From Pelagomonas calceolata (taxonomy: Eukaryota): a DNA stretch of 64,000 nucleotides. Below the pieces are notes generated by a model that was not told where the DNA came from, made no database searches, and saw nothing but the letters and a program-made list of their open reading frames with translations. Positions 50,140-60,611 of this stretch are shown one piece after another (position 1 is the stretch's first letter; each line of letters opens with the position of its first letter). The position numbers and the translations under genes are program-made. The stretch lies in assembly GCA_918797485.1 (NCBI GenBank), contig CAKKNE010000002.1, positions 5,580,001 to 5,644,000 on the forward strand, given 5' to 3'.

Positions 50140-51858
50140 ATGGCATCCGCGCCGAAGCGATGGATGCTTCTGCTCATGGTAGCACGCATGAGGGCACAAC
50201 CCGGCGGTGGCGGCGACTCCGGTGACGGCCCCGGCGACGGCCCCGGCGACGGCCCCGGCGGCGACGGCAACGACAAACGGTGCCAATTCAACATGACCCA
50301 GCGCGCATTTCACTCGCACCGCACGCTCGAAGACATACTTCTGAGCACGGAGTACGATGCCAGCTCGAGACCCGAGGTCGCAAGAGAGAAAGACCTGAAG
50401 AACAAGCCCACCGCGGTCACCTGGACGCTCGCGACGAAGGGCTTCTCCATCAGCGAGAAGGCGAACACCGTGACGCTCACGGGCGAGGTCACGGAGTCCT
50501 GGGTCGACGAACGATTAGCGTTCAACTACACGCAGGGCGATACTTGTCCTAGTGATTCTCCACCCGTCTGGACCGTCTCGAAGAGTCATTATTATCAGAT
50601 CTGGCGGCCCTGGCTCTACATCTCGAATCAAGTCTCCACGTCCGATATCTCCAACGCCGGCAGTTCGCTCAAGGTCGACGCGGACGGGACAGTGACGTGG
50701 ACCTACAACACTCTGATCACGGCGCGCTGCGCTTTGGACTTAAAAAGGAGTCCCTTCGACACACAAACGTGCGGCGTAGACGTCATGTCCCTCTCGTACG
50801 ATGCCTTCGAGATGGAGATCAGCGGCGCCGCCTACTCGACGCAGCCCACCTTAGAATGGAAGATGCTGGGCGACGCCAAGGTGTCGTCGAACAGTGCGGT
50901 CAAGGAGGGTCCCGATGCCCAAACGACAGGGCCGTCGTACGCCGTGCTAGAAGTACGCTTCGAGTTCAAAAGAAGGAACGGCTACCAAATCCGGGAGATA
51001 TTCGTGCCGGCGATCCTATACCTATTACTAGCTTATTGCGGTTTCTGGATAGACCGGAATGTGGCACCGGCAAGAGTCGCAATCTCCGTCATCCCAGTAT
51101 TGATCACGCGGACGCTCCTGAACTCGGTCTACGCGACAAGCCAATTGCTGCCCTACGTTAACGTGCTCACGCTCTACCTGAACATCCTCAGCTATCTCAA
51201 TATCCTCGCTGTCTGCCAATATGCTCTGGTGCAGCGCTGCATCCAGGACGAGAAGAAGGCGTTGCTACGACTAAAAGGCCTCGCAAAGATGAGAGATGTC
51301 ATCGACGCGCTCGTCGACGCGACAGAGACAGTTGCGCCGCCGCACGCCAAGACCCCCCCGGACCCAGAGGCGCCCGTGGCGGTCGTGCCCGGAAAGCGCA
51401 TCATCCGGGCACGGAGCGAGCGCTTCGACGCGCTGCTCGCGCAGAAGGGGGTCAACCCCGTCGCCGGCCGCGCCGTCGCCGAGCTCAAACGAATCTTCGA
51501 GCGGGCCGACCGCGACGGGTCCGGAGACATCGATATGCTCGAGTTCTGCAAGGCGCTGCGAGGCTTCGGCATCTACGACCCGCCCGACGCCGCGCGGCTC
51601 GCGCTGTCGTCGATGCGCCACGCTGCGAATCAGGACGACGCTACATCAACGGTAGGTTTCGACGAGTTCGTCGACCTACTCCTCGGCTACGAGAAACATC
51701 GAGTCGCGGATATCTTCCCGGGAGAGGAGCTGCGGAACTTTCGGTACCTGCCCGCGTCGCTCCAATTGGACGTCGCCTGCCGCATCGCCTTCCTCCCATT
51801 CGCTGGTGTCGTGTTGGCCGTCGCGCTATCTATCTTGGACGCGCAGACGGCCGAGTAA
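50140..51858 (+). CDS. Cys-loop ligand-gated ion channel subunit with EF-hands
   Basis: YDASSRP, SWVDERL, IWRP, C-x13-C loop, M2 APARV; DRDGSGDIDMLEF. Confidence 0.9.
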   Translation: MASAPKRWMLLLMVARMRAQPGGGGDSGDGPGDGPGDGPGGDGNDKRCQFNMTQRAFHSHRTLEDILLSTEYDASSRPEVAREKDLKNKPTAVTWTLATKGFSISEKANTVTLTGEVTESWVDERLAFNYTQGDTCPSDSPPVWTVSKSHYYQIWRPWLYISNQVSTSDISNAGSSLKVDADGTVTWTYNTLITARCALDLKRSPFDTQTCGVDVMSLSYDAFEMEISGAAYSTQPTLEWKMLGDAKVSSNSAVKEGPDAQTTGPSYAVLEVRFEFKRRNGYQIREIFVPAILYLLLAYCGFWIDRNVAPARVAISVIPVLITRTLLNSVYATSQLLPYVNVLTLYLNILSYLNILAVCQYALVQRCIQDEKKALLRLKGLAKMRDVIDALVDATETVAPPHAKTPPDPEAPVAVVPGKRIIRARSERFDALLAQKGVNPVAGRAVAELKRIFERADRDGSGDIDMLEFCKALRGFGIYDPPDAARLALSSMRHAANQDDATSTVGFDEFVDLLLGYEKHRVADIFPGEELRNFRYLPASLQLDVACRIAFLPFAGVVLAVALSILDAQTAE

Positions 51859-51872
51859 TAACAACACATGTC

Positions 51873-53975
51873 TTACACGCGGATGCCGGCCAGCCCCTCC
51901 CCCTCATACCCCTGGCGCTCGCCCTCCTCGAAGATGATGTCGAGGTCGTCGAGGAACTGCCCCGCGGACGAGAAGATGGCGTCGAGCTCGCCCTCGGCGC
52001 CGCGGATCGCCGCGGCGGCGTCGGGGCCCTCGGGCTCCTCTTCTTCCTTCTTGGGACTCACGCCGAGCTGGAAGATCCAGGAATTGGGATCGGCCGGCCC
52101 CGGCTTCGGCGGCGCGGACGGCGGCGGCGCCGGGACGCTCTTCGTGAGCTCCGCGATCTGCCGCCGTAAGTCGCGGATCTCCTTGTCCTTGGCGTCCCCA
52201 ATAAACGCCTCCTCGTCTTGTTTCGGTAACGAGGTCGCATTCAACAGATCGGCGAGGATGGTCGGAGGCTGGTCCGTGTCCGGACTCCGCGCCGCCGCCG
52301 CCGTTAAACCTTCGTCGATCATCTCCGCGGTCTTCTCCACGCGTTCTCTGGTGGGAGGCGGTTTTTGTAACACACGCTGCGTCGGCGGCCCGCAGTAGAC
52401 GAAGTGGCAGTGCGCGCAGACTTTGACGGCGTCGTACAGGGCCAGGCGCTGCCGCCGCGACATCTTCACCAAAGCTGCCGCAGTGGGCCGCGCTTCTCCA
52501 TCGCGGGGCTTGTCCAGGACCACTTTTCGCGGTATTGAGAACCTCAGGTCGCGCGCCATGGCGTCCTGGTACTCGTGGAGGCGTTCTTCCGGGATCTCGC
52601 GGTCGCAATATGCGCCTTCACATTCTACCGCTTGAAACGGCTCCTCTTTATCAACAATGATCTTCTTGCGCGGCATCCAGACCTCGTTACGGTCAAAGGT
52701 ACCTCTGATACCTTTGATCTGCAACACGGACCAGCGCCCTCTTTCATCTTGGACGCAGTCGCACGCGATCGCTGTCAACTGATTACCGAGGACATGGTTC
52801 AGGCCCCGCAACACACTTGCCGTGCAGACCTTGGCGTCGGTCCAGGCTTGACTCCCGGGCACGCTCCGCACGACCGAACACGTGCCCTCGACGCACCTTG
52901 CCGTGGAGGTGGCCACTTCCTCCTGAGACGACTCCGAGAGGACCCAGGCCTCGGGCTGCCCGCCTCCGTGAGCCCAGGGCCCCGCGTCGATTTTCGTATT
53001 CTCCTCGCCCCGCCTCAGCTTCCACTGGAGGTTCGCGGCGGCCCGCGCGTCCACCAGAGCTCTACAAATCCACGGCTTGCCGCCCTTTGATGATATATAA
53101 CGCTGCAAGACGACGCCCGCCTCGCCCACGGCATCACCGACGGGCTCCGTGAATAATAAGGCTTGCAGCGCGGCGCGCGCGGCCTTGGGTTTCGTGTAGA
53201 AGGCGCAGGCGTGCTGGCCACTCGAGGTATCTGGAGGAGCTTTCTCGACGGCGTCCGCGGCTCGTTTCGCGGCCTGGTGGTGCATCGACGAGAGGAACGC
53301 CGTCGTACATTTGAGGACGACGAGCGGCTTCTTTGTGAAATGCCGGTGCCTACGGGCTTCGACGTAGCTGTCGTCCTCTATTACTTCGCTCTGCGGGCCG
53401 CATAACCTCTTTTCCAACAATCTTCTCGTAGCTCGGTCCAGCCCGACCCAGCCCGGCTCGCCGTCCTCGTTGAGGTCGCCCCAGCGCCACGCCCTCCGCT
53501 GGACCTTGCCGTCTTCGTTCGAAGAATGCCAGACGAGCGTGGGCGGCGAGGCCACCACCGATAAGGTACAGGGCACTCTACAAGAAGTTCGGTCGGGCAC
53601 TAACCCCCAGCAGGTCGCACCGGAGTCCAAGTCGGGGCAGGACGCTTGTTTCGCGTCTTGTGATGCCAGCCGTTTCTTCGCCTCCAGAGCGGCTTCCTTG
53701 TTGGCCGGGGCGAGCGGCGGTAATGTCGTGGACGGCTCTTGCGCGATCGGGGCCTCGGGCTTCGTGATCGGGTTCAGCGGCCGGGCGAGCTTGTTTGTCC
53801 TGTTTCGCTGCTGCCGTTTTTTCGTCGGCTTCCTCGCGGGCTTGCCGCGCTTCACGTTGCGCAGCTCCCTTAATCTCTTCTCGATCTGCTTCTCGGTGGT
53901 CGGCGTGAGGCCGTCGAGCTCTCCCAAGAACGCGTCGAAGCGGTTCGAGACGCTTGCTTCATCGGTTGGCTCCAT
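51873..53975 (-). CDS. Hypothetical protein, possible ATP-grasp-like domain
   Basis: ~700-aa ORF; VLQRYI..KG and CDCVQDERGRWSVLQIK. Confidence 0.6.
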   Translation of the reverse strand: MEPTDEASVSNRFDAFLGELDGLTPTTEKQIEKRLRELRNVKRGKPARKPTKKRQQRNRTNKLARPLNPITKPEAPIAQEPSTTLPPLAPANKEAALEAKKRLASQDAKQASCPDLDSGATCWGLVPDRTSCRVPCTLSVVASPPTLVWHSSNEDGKVQRRAWRWGDLNEDGEPGWVGLDRATRRLLEKRLCGPQSEVIEDDSYVEARRHRHFTKKPLVVLKCTTAFLSSMHHQAAKRAADAVEKAPPDTSSGQHACAFYTKPKAARAALQALLFTEPVGDAVGEAGVVLQRYISSKGGKPWICRALVDARAAANLQWKLRRGEENTKIDAGPWAHGGGQPEAWVLSESSQEEVATSTARCVEGTCSVVRSVPGSQAWTDAKVCTASVLRGLNHVLGNQLTAIACDCVQDERGRWSVLQIKGIRGTFDRNEVWMPRKKIIVDKEEPFQAVECEGAYCDREIPEERLHEYQDAMARDLRFSIPRKVVLDKPRDGEARPTAAALVKMSRRQRLALYDAVKVCAHCHFVYCGPPTQRVLQKPPPTRERVEKTAEMIDEGLTAAAARSPDTDQPPTILADLLNATSLPKQDEEAFIGDAKDKEIRDLRRQIAELTKSVPAPPPSAPPKPGPADPNSWIFQLGVSPKKEEEEPEGPDAAAAIRGAEGELDAIFSSAGQFLDDLDIIFEEGERQGYEGEGLAGIRV

Positions 53976-54111
53976 TGTTGGTACCGTCGCGTCGCGTTTG
54001 GGATGAGCGCCCGTCGCGGTGCCACCTGGGGTTTCTCCCGGAGGTGGAGAGGCAGCCGGGCGTCCGTGGAGACAGCCCCTTTGCTCGCAAGCTGCCACAA
54101 AACCACCGTTT

Positions 54112-54136
54112 TGCTAGTATGTTACAGGACGCTAGC
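54112..54136 (+). promoter_or_regulatory. Bipartite CTAG-CTAG upstream element
   Basis: TGCTAGTATGTTACAGGACGCTAGC in a divergent intergenic region. Confidence 0.7.
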
Positions 54137-54250
54137 TGAGGTTTCACGCCTTCTTTTTCGAGCGCCTCGGTGCGTCTGCAGACTCACACGTGTCGCAAAG
54201 CTCGACTCGTGTATAGCGCCACTACTACTTTGCACTCTGCTGCACCTGTA

Positions 54251-55591
54251 ATGGCTGCACAAGTCGAGAGCAGCACTTTTGACGTGGTAGTCATCGGCGC
54301 TGGATTGGCAGGCCTCGCCTGCGCGAGGGCTCTCAAGGGCGGCGGCCTCGACGTGGTCGTGCTGGAAGCGCGCGAAAGGTTGGGCGGAAGAGTGCACAGC
54401 GTCGACGTGGACGGCGTCGACGTGGAGCTCGGCGCGCAGTGGGTGCACGACGACGCGGCGTCGCACCCGGCGCGGAAGTTTTGTGAGCGCGCCAATCTAA
54501 AGCTGCGTGGCACGTCGTGGGAGCAAGCCGCGTTGGTTTGTAGAGGCGAGCGACGGCCCGGCGCCGAGATCAAGCGAGCGCGCGCGGCGGCGGAGCGGGC
54601 GTTCGGCGCCGCGCGGGCGGCGCGGCGGACGGCGAAAGCCGATGCCTCGCTGGACGACGCGCTGCGTCCGCTGCTCGCGGGCGCCGACGCGGTGACGCAG
54701 TTCTTCGTGCGCCTCGAGAACGAGCTGGACTACGGCGCCGGCGCAGAGGAGCTCTCCCTGCATCATTGGGATAAAGACGAGTATTGGAGGGAGGTTAAGT
54801 CCAGCAAAAAGGGCGGCGACGCGCTCGCAGGCCCGCTCGCGTCCGCCGTCGCCGCGTTGTCGGAGGGTCTCGCGGTGCGCCTCGGCCACGCGGTGACGGC
54901 CGTCGAGACGGGCGACGACGTCGTTCGCGTCCGCGGAGATGCCTTCGAGCTCGCCGCGCGGCGCGTCGTCGTCGCCGTGCCGCTCGGCTGTTTGAAGGAG
55001 GGATCGATGGCATTTGCACCAAACCTCTCGCCGCGGAAGACGCATGCGCTCGCCGCCGTCGGCTTCTCGCGCTTCGAAAAGGTGGTACTCGCGTTCGCCG
55101 AGCCGTTCTGGGAACGCGTCGTGGGCCGGCGGCACGTGATCCACGCCCCCTCGGACGCGCCATTACCGCGCTTCGAGGTCTTCTTCTCGCTCAACGCGGC
55201 GCGCGGCACGGCGAAGGCGCCCCATGTTTTGGTTGCGATCGTGGGCGGTGCCGACGCGACCGCCGCCGAGGCGGAGGACGACGCGACGCTGCGCCTGTTG
55301 GTCTGCGACGCCCTCGACGCGGCCCTCGGGACGGCGGAGGCCGCGCGCCACTGTCGTCGCATGCTCCGGACGCAGTGGTCGCGGGACGAGTTCGCGCGCG
55401 GCGCCTACTCGTACCTGCCGCCCGGCGCGACGCCCGAAGACTACGACGCCCTCGCGCGGCCGGAGCACCGCGGCCGCGTGCTCTTCTGCGGCGAGCACAC
55501 GTCCCGGAAGTATCCGGCGACGATGCACGGGGCGTTGCTCTCGGGGGAACGCGAGGCGAAGCGGGTCCTTGGTGACCTCGGACGAGGCTAA
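54251..55591 (+). CDS. Flavin-containing amine oxidase (polyamine oxidase-like)
   Basis: VVIGAGLAGL, LEARERLGGR, ELGAQW, RGAYSY and FCGEHT..YPATMHGA.LSG.REA. Confidence 0.93.
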   Translation: MAAQVESSTFDVVVIGAGLAGLACARALKGGGLDVVVLEARERLGGRVHSVDVDGVDVELGAQWVHDDAASHPARKFCERANLKLRGTSWEQAALVCRGERRPGAEIKRARAAAERAFGAARAARRTAKADASLDDALRPLLAGADAVTQFFVRLENELDYGAGAEELSLHHWDKDEYWREVKSSKKGGDALAGPLASAVAALSEGLAVRLGHAVTAVETGDDVVRVRGDAFELAARRVVVAVPLGCLKEGSMAFAPNLSPRKTHALAAVGFSRFEKVVLAFAEPFWERVVGRRHVIHAPSDAPLPRFEVFFSLNAARGTAKAPHVLVAIVGGADATAAEAEDDATLRLLVCDALDAALGTAEAARHCRRMLRTQWSRDEFARGAYSYLPPGATPEDYDALARPEHRGRVLFCGEHTSRKYPATMHGALLSGEREAKRVLGDLGRG

Positions 55592-55892
55592 TAGTAAGTT
55601 TGTGGTAAAATGAAATAGCTATAGTCAATTCGGGTTGCGGGGGCGCGCGCCTAGAGGGGTGACGGGGGAGCTATCCCCCGCGAGCGTGTACGTAAGTTTG
55701 TGGTAGAAGTTGCAAAATCAAAACGGGTTTTTGGCCAAACTTTTGGGACGCCTAGCGCTCGTACGCGGCGCGTTATCTACGAGGAAGGTGGGTCTGCGAT
55801 CGATTCGCCTCACGCACGGCCCCTCTACCGAACGAGAACGCGAGCGGCCGCCCCCGCAAAATAGCCGACCTCTAGGAGCAAGAGTCGACTCG

Positions 55893-56276
55893 ATGGAGCC
55901 CAATGATGATGCCGGTAACTCCACTCAGGGGTATAAAGAGAATGTGAAAAGCTTTCTCCTTTGCCGCGTGCGGGCGGGCCGTGGAAGCGCGTTCGGGCGT
56001 GTACCCTACGCGGTCTGTCGGCTCATTGCCGCGACCGCCGGATGCTTGTTCCAAGCGGCCGATGCATACAGAGGACGGCGGGAGGGCTTTTCTTTCAAGC
56101 TGGGTGGGCAAGGGTTAGGGTACTACCCAGACTACAACGCGCTGGAAGATGCGGCCCGGGAGCTGACCGAGGGCGATCGCATACGGATTCAACGTTACCA
56201 TCCCCCCGATATCGACCCCGTCCCCGACCCCGCTACTACGCTATTGGCACACTACGCTACCGGGGCGGACTACTAG
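55893..56276 (+). CDS. Small hypothetical protein with FK.G..GLGYY.D motif
   Basis: FQAADAYRGRREGFSFKLGGQGLGYYPD. Confidence 0.55.
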   Translation: MEPNDDAGNSTQGYKENVKSFLLCRVRAGRGSAFGRVPYAVCRLIAATAGCLFQAADAYRGRREGFSFKLGGQGLGYYPDYNALEDAARELTEGDRIRIQRYHPPDIDPVPDPATTLLAHYATGADY

Positions 56277-56406
56277 CACTAAACTACGCTGCCGGCTTCC
56301 CCTGCTTCGACTGCGCCGAGGTGACGGCGAGGTCGCAGGGCACTAGTGCGGACTCGGAAGGGCGCCCGGATCCGAATGCCCAGAATGTATAAGAATTTAC
56401 GCGGGT

Positions 56407-57351
56407 CTAGCCCTTGAACCCGGACAGCTCCGCGAGCTCGTCGAGCGACTTCTCGCCCGGGTAGAGCTCGCCGCCGATGTCCCACGTCGGGTAGCCCTTG
56501 ACGCCGCGCCGGTCGCACTTGGCGCGCTGCGAGTCGACGCCGTCGGCGGCGCACTCGACGTAGTCGATGTCCTCGACGGCCTTCGAGCCGAAGGCCGACT
56601 TCTGGTCGAAGCAGTGCGAGCACCAGTAGGCGCCGTACATGCGCGCGCCCTTGGCTGACAGATGCTTCGCCAGGGCCGCGGCTTTAGGGGTTGTCGCCGT
56701 CTTCACGGGCGGCGGCGAGAAGAGTTGCTTTGGAGTTGTTGTCTCGGCGGCGACGGCCGGCTGGACGATCATGCGAGCTTCCTTGAGCGCGACGTTGCCG
56801 GCCACCGTACTAAACTGCACCAGAGCGGCCAACACGGTAGCCGCGATAAACGGCGTCCGCGATCCCTTTTCGCTCCGCAGGAGCCACGCGTTCGTAAAAC
56901 ATAAAGTAGCAGACCCAAAGCACAGGACGCACGTCTGGTTGAGCCAAAATAACAATAAACCCACGAGGCACACCGACGCCGCGGCCATGGCGCTTGTTAG
57001 AGCTACTAGCGGCTTCCGCGTCTTGTCCACATCACCCAGCGCGAGGAATAATACAGCAGCGTACGCGAGTAAACCCACCGCAGCTAGTGGTACGCCGCCG
57101 GGCAGCTGCGCGTAGGGACCTTCCAAGACGCTGCCGCAGCCGCTCGCGCAGAGGCCTTGTACGCCGGTCAGCTTCGAATAGGTGAGGTACGCCGTCTCGG
57201 CGACGCCGATCCCGGCGACGGCGGCGACGGCCTTGCGCGTGGCTGGTTCATCATTCGTTTGCGTCGCCTTCAGACATGTCCGTTGCCTGACACGGGGCGC
57301 CTGGAGCGCATGCGCACTCGCGAGCAACAACAAGACCCTAGTCGTCCTCAT
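56407..57351 (-). CDS. LTO1: Plastid VKOR-thioredoxin fusion (lumen thiol oxidoreductase)
   Basis: ETAYLTYSKL, C..GC.SVL.GPY, CVLC, MYGAYWCSHC and YPTW. Confidence 0.92.
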   Translation of the reverse strand: MRTTRVLLLLASAHALQAPRVRQRTCLKATQTNDEPATRKAVAAVAGIGVAETAYLTYSKLTGVQGLCASGCGSVLEGPYAQLPGGVPLAAVGLLAYAAVLFLALGDVDKTRKPLVALTSAMAAASVCLVGLLLFWLNQTCVLCFGSATLCFTNAWLLRSEKGSRTPFIAATVLAALVQFSTVAGNVALKEARMIVQPAVAAETTTPKQLFSPPPVKTATTPKAAALAKHLSAKGARMYGAYWCSHCFDQKSAFGSKAVEDIDYVECAADGVDSQRAKCDRRGVKGYPTWDIGGELYPGEKSLDELAELSGFKG

Positions 57352-57532
57352 CCGTGATGCGGCGCTTGATGTCTCCCTTGAATTCCGGCGTGAGCGCGGG
57401 GTAGACGCACCAGCCCGCGATACCCGCGAGGGGGATGAGCCACGGCTTCAGGCTCCAGCCGTAGAGCGACCAGCTCTTCACGCGCGCGCCGACGACACCC
57501 TTCGAGGCCTTCGCCGCGAGGTTCGCGAACAT
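57338..57532 (-). CDS. 64-aa single-pass protein (possible small mitochondrial complex subunit)
   Basis: MFANLAAK..WSLYGWSLKPWLIPLAGIAGWCVYPALTPEFK; coding-like codons; putative 5'-UTR intron 57540-57711 (GTCAGC..GCGCAG). Confidence 0.6.
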   Translation of the reverse strand: MFANLAAKASKGVVGARVKSWSLYGWSLKPWLIPLAGIAGWCVYPALTPEFKGDIKRRITDEDD

Positions 57533-57945
57533 GCCCGACCTGCGCGCCGCGACTCTACGGGGACCGTGGGAGTAAAACGCGAGTACCCAACTCTCGCCGC
57601 GGCGCCGCGGCGGTGCGGGTCGCGGGAGAACCCCTTGACAAATGCTCCGCCTGGTCGTCTCCCACACCAGTAACGCCCGCGTGCGCGTGGTAAAGCGCGC
57701 AGCGTGCTGACTTTGTGTGTGGTTCTTCTTTGTTGCCCTATAGGCCGCCTCCCCACCGCTCCGGCGCCGCGGGAGAGCGTGTTTTTGTGCAGGCGGTGCT
57801 GGTGGCTTTTGGGGCGGGCGGCGGCCGGCGTTTCGCGTTGAGCTCGACTGGCACCGTCCAAGCCCTTGAAATAACGACGCTGGGTGTACAGCGAGACGGT
57901 ATCGCTGTGTGTGATGGCCAAAAGCAGCAAGCTTTGCCAAGCTAT

Positions 57946-57969
57946 CTAGCGTGCTGTAAGACACTAGCA
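57946..57969 (-). promoter_or_regulatory. Bipartite CTAG-CTAG upstream element
   Basis: CTAGCGTGCTGTAAGACACTAGCA upstream of the small ORF/LTO1 unit. Confidence 0.7.
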
Positions 57970-58039
57970 ACGAAACCAACAAATCCACCACAGTATTAAA
58001 TAGCCCCGCCGCGGCGTCGACGGGAGTCGTATCGAGCAC

Positions 58040-59452
<1,413 letters not shown>

Positions 59453-59632
59453 AACAGCCCGAGCTAGACTAGCACAATTATTACAGCCTCTCGCAAGACC
59501 TGTGGCCGTGCTATACGCACAAACTCATTTATTTGCATCGCTGCGATTGTGTGCCGACGCGCGGTGCACAACTCTCGCTTGCAGCTGTGTTTGCTGCAGT
59601 CCCAGCAGCACTCACCGCGGCGACACCGCAGC

Positions 59633-60601
59633 ATGCTCACCGCCCGCCGCCTCTTAACGCTAACGGCGACGGGCGCGCGCGCGCTCTCCGCGGTCACGAA
59701 ACTGAGCACAAATAACTGCTTCGGCGGCCAGTGGCGCCGCTTCCAGTTCGATTCGTCGACGACGGGCACGCCCATGGTCTTTTCGGTGTTCGTGCCGCCG
59801 GTCCAGAAGGCGCCGTGCCTCTTTTATCTCTCGGGATTGACGTGCACAGATGAAAACTTCGTGCAAAAGGCGGGCGCGGCTCGGAGAGCGGCCGAGCTGG
59901 GAATCGCGCTGGTGGCGCCGGACACGTCGCCTCGACTCCCGGAGGACCGGAGGCTGCCCGGCGAAGACGACAGCTATGATTTCGGCAGTGGAGCCGGCTT
60001 CTACGTCGACGCCACGAATTACCCCTGGAGCCAGTACTACAATATGTACTCCTTCGTCACCCAAGAACTGCCCGAGGCGGTCATGGTGGCCTGCCCGGAG
60101 GTCGACGTGCAGACGCGGTCCATCACAGGGCATTCGATGGGCGGCCACGGCGCATTGACGATAGGCCTGAAGCAGCCGGCCGTCTGGCGGAGCGTTTCCG
60201 CGTTCTCGCCGATCTGCAACCCGACGAAGGTGCCCTGGGGTCCGCGGCGGCGCGACACTCAACCGGTACGCCAGGCGCGGTCGGTGACAGGTTCGATTCA
60301 CACAGGCCAGAAGGCCTTCGAGGGATACCTCGGGTCCGTCGACGCCGGCCTCGAGCACGATGCCTGCGAGCTCGTGAAGAAGGGGCCGCGAAGCGACGCC
60401 ATATTAGTATCCCAAGGCGCGGACGACGACTTCCTGGTGGGTGATACCAATCAGCTTCAGCCGGAGGCCTTCCGAAGCGCGTGCGACGGCGTGGGACAGG
60501 AGCTGGATCTGCGCTACGAGGCGGGCTACGACCACTCGTACTTCTTCATCCAGTCGTTTATCGACGAACATCTCGACTTTCACGCGTCGAGGCTCAAGTA
60601 A
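59633..60601 (+). CDS. ESD: S-formylglutathione hydrolase (esterase D); intron 60240-60305
   Basis: YLSGLTCTDENF, PDTSPR, GAGFYVDAT, GHSMGGHGAL, PW|GQKAF and GYDHSYFFI. Confidence 0.97.
   Translation: MLTARRLLTLTATGARALSAVTKLSTNNCFGGQWRRFQFDSSTTGTPMVFSVFVPPVQKAPCLFYLSGLTCTDENFVQKAGAARRAAELGIALVAPDTSPRLPEDRRLPGEDDSYDFGSGAGFYVDATNYPWSQYYNMYSFVTQELPEAVMVACPEVDVQTRSITGHSMGGHGALTIGLKQPAVWRSVSAFSPICNPTKVPWGPRRRDTQPVRQARSVTGSIHTGQKAFEGYLGSVDAGLEHDACELVKKGPRSDAILVSQGADDDFLVGDTNQLQPEAFRSACDGVGQELDLRYEAGYDHSYFFIQSFIDEHLDFHASRLK
60240..60305 (+). other. In-frame GT-AG intron (66 nt)
   Basis: GTCCGC...TTCACACAG; removal restores the conserved PWGQKAF. Confidence 0.85.
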
Positions 60602-60611
60602 ACATATAAAC

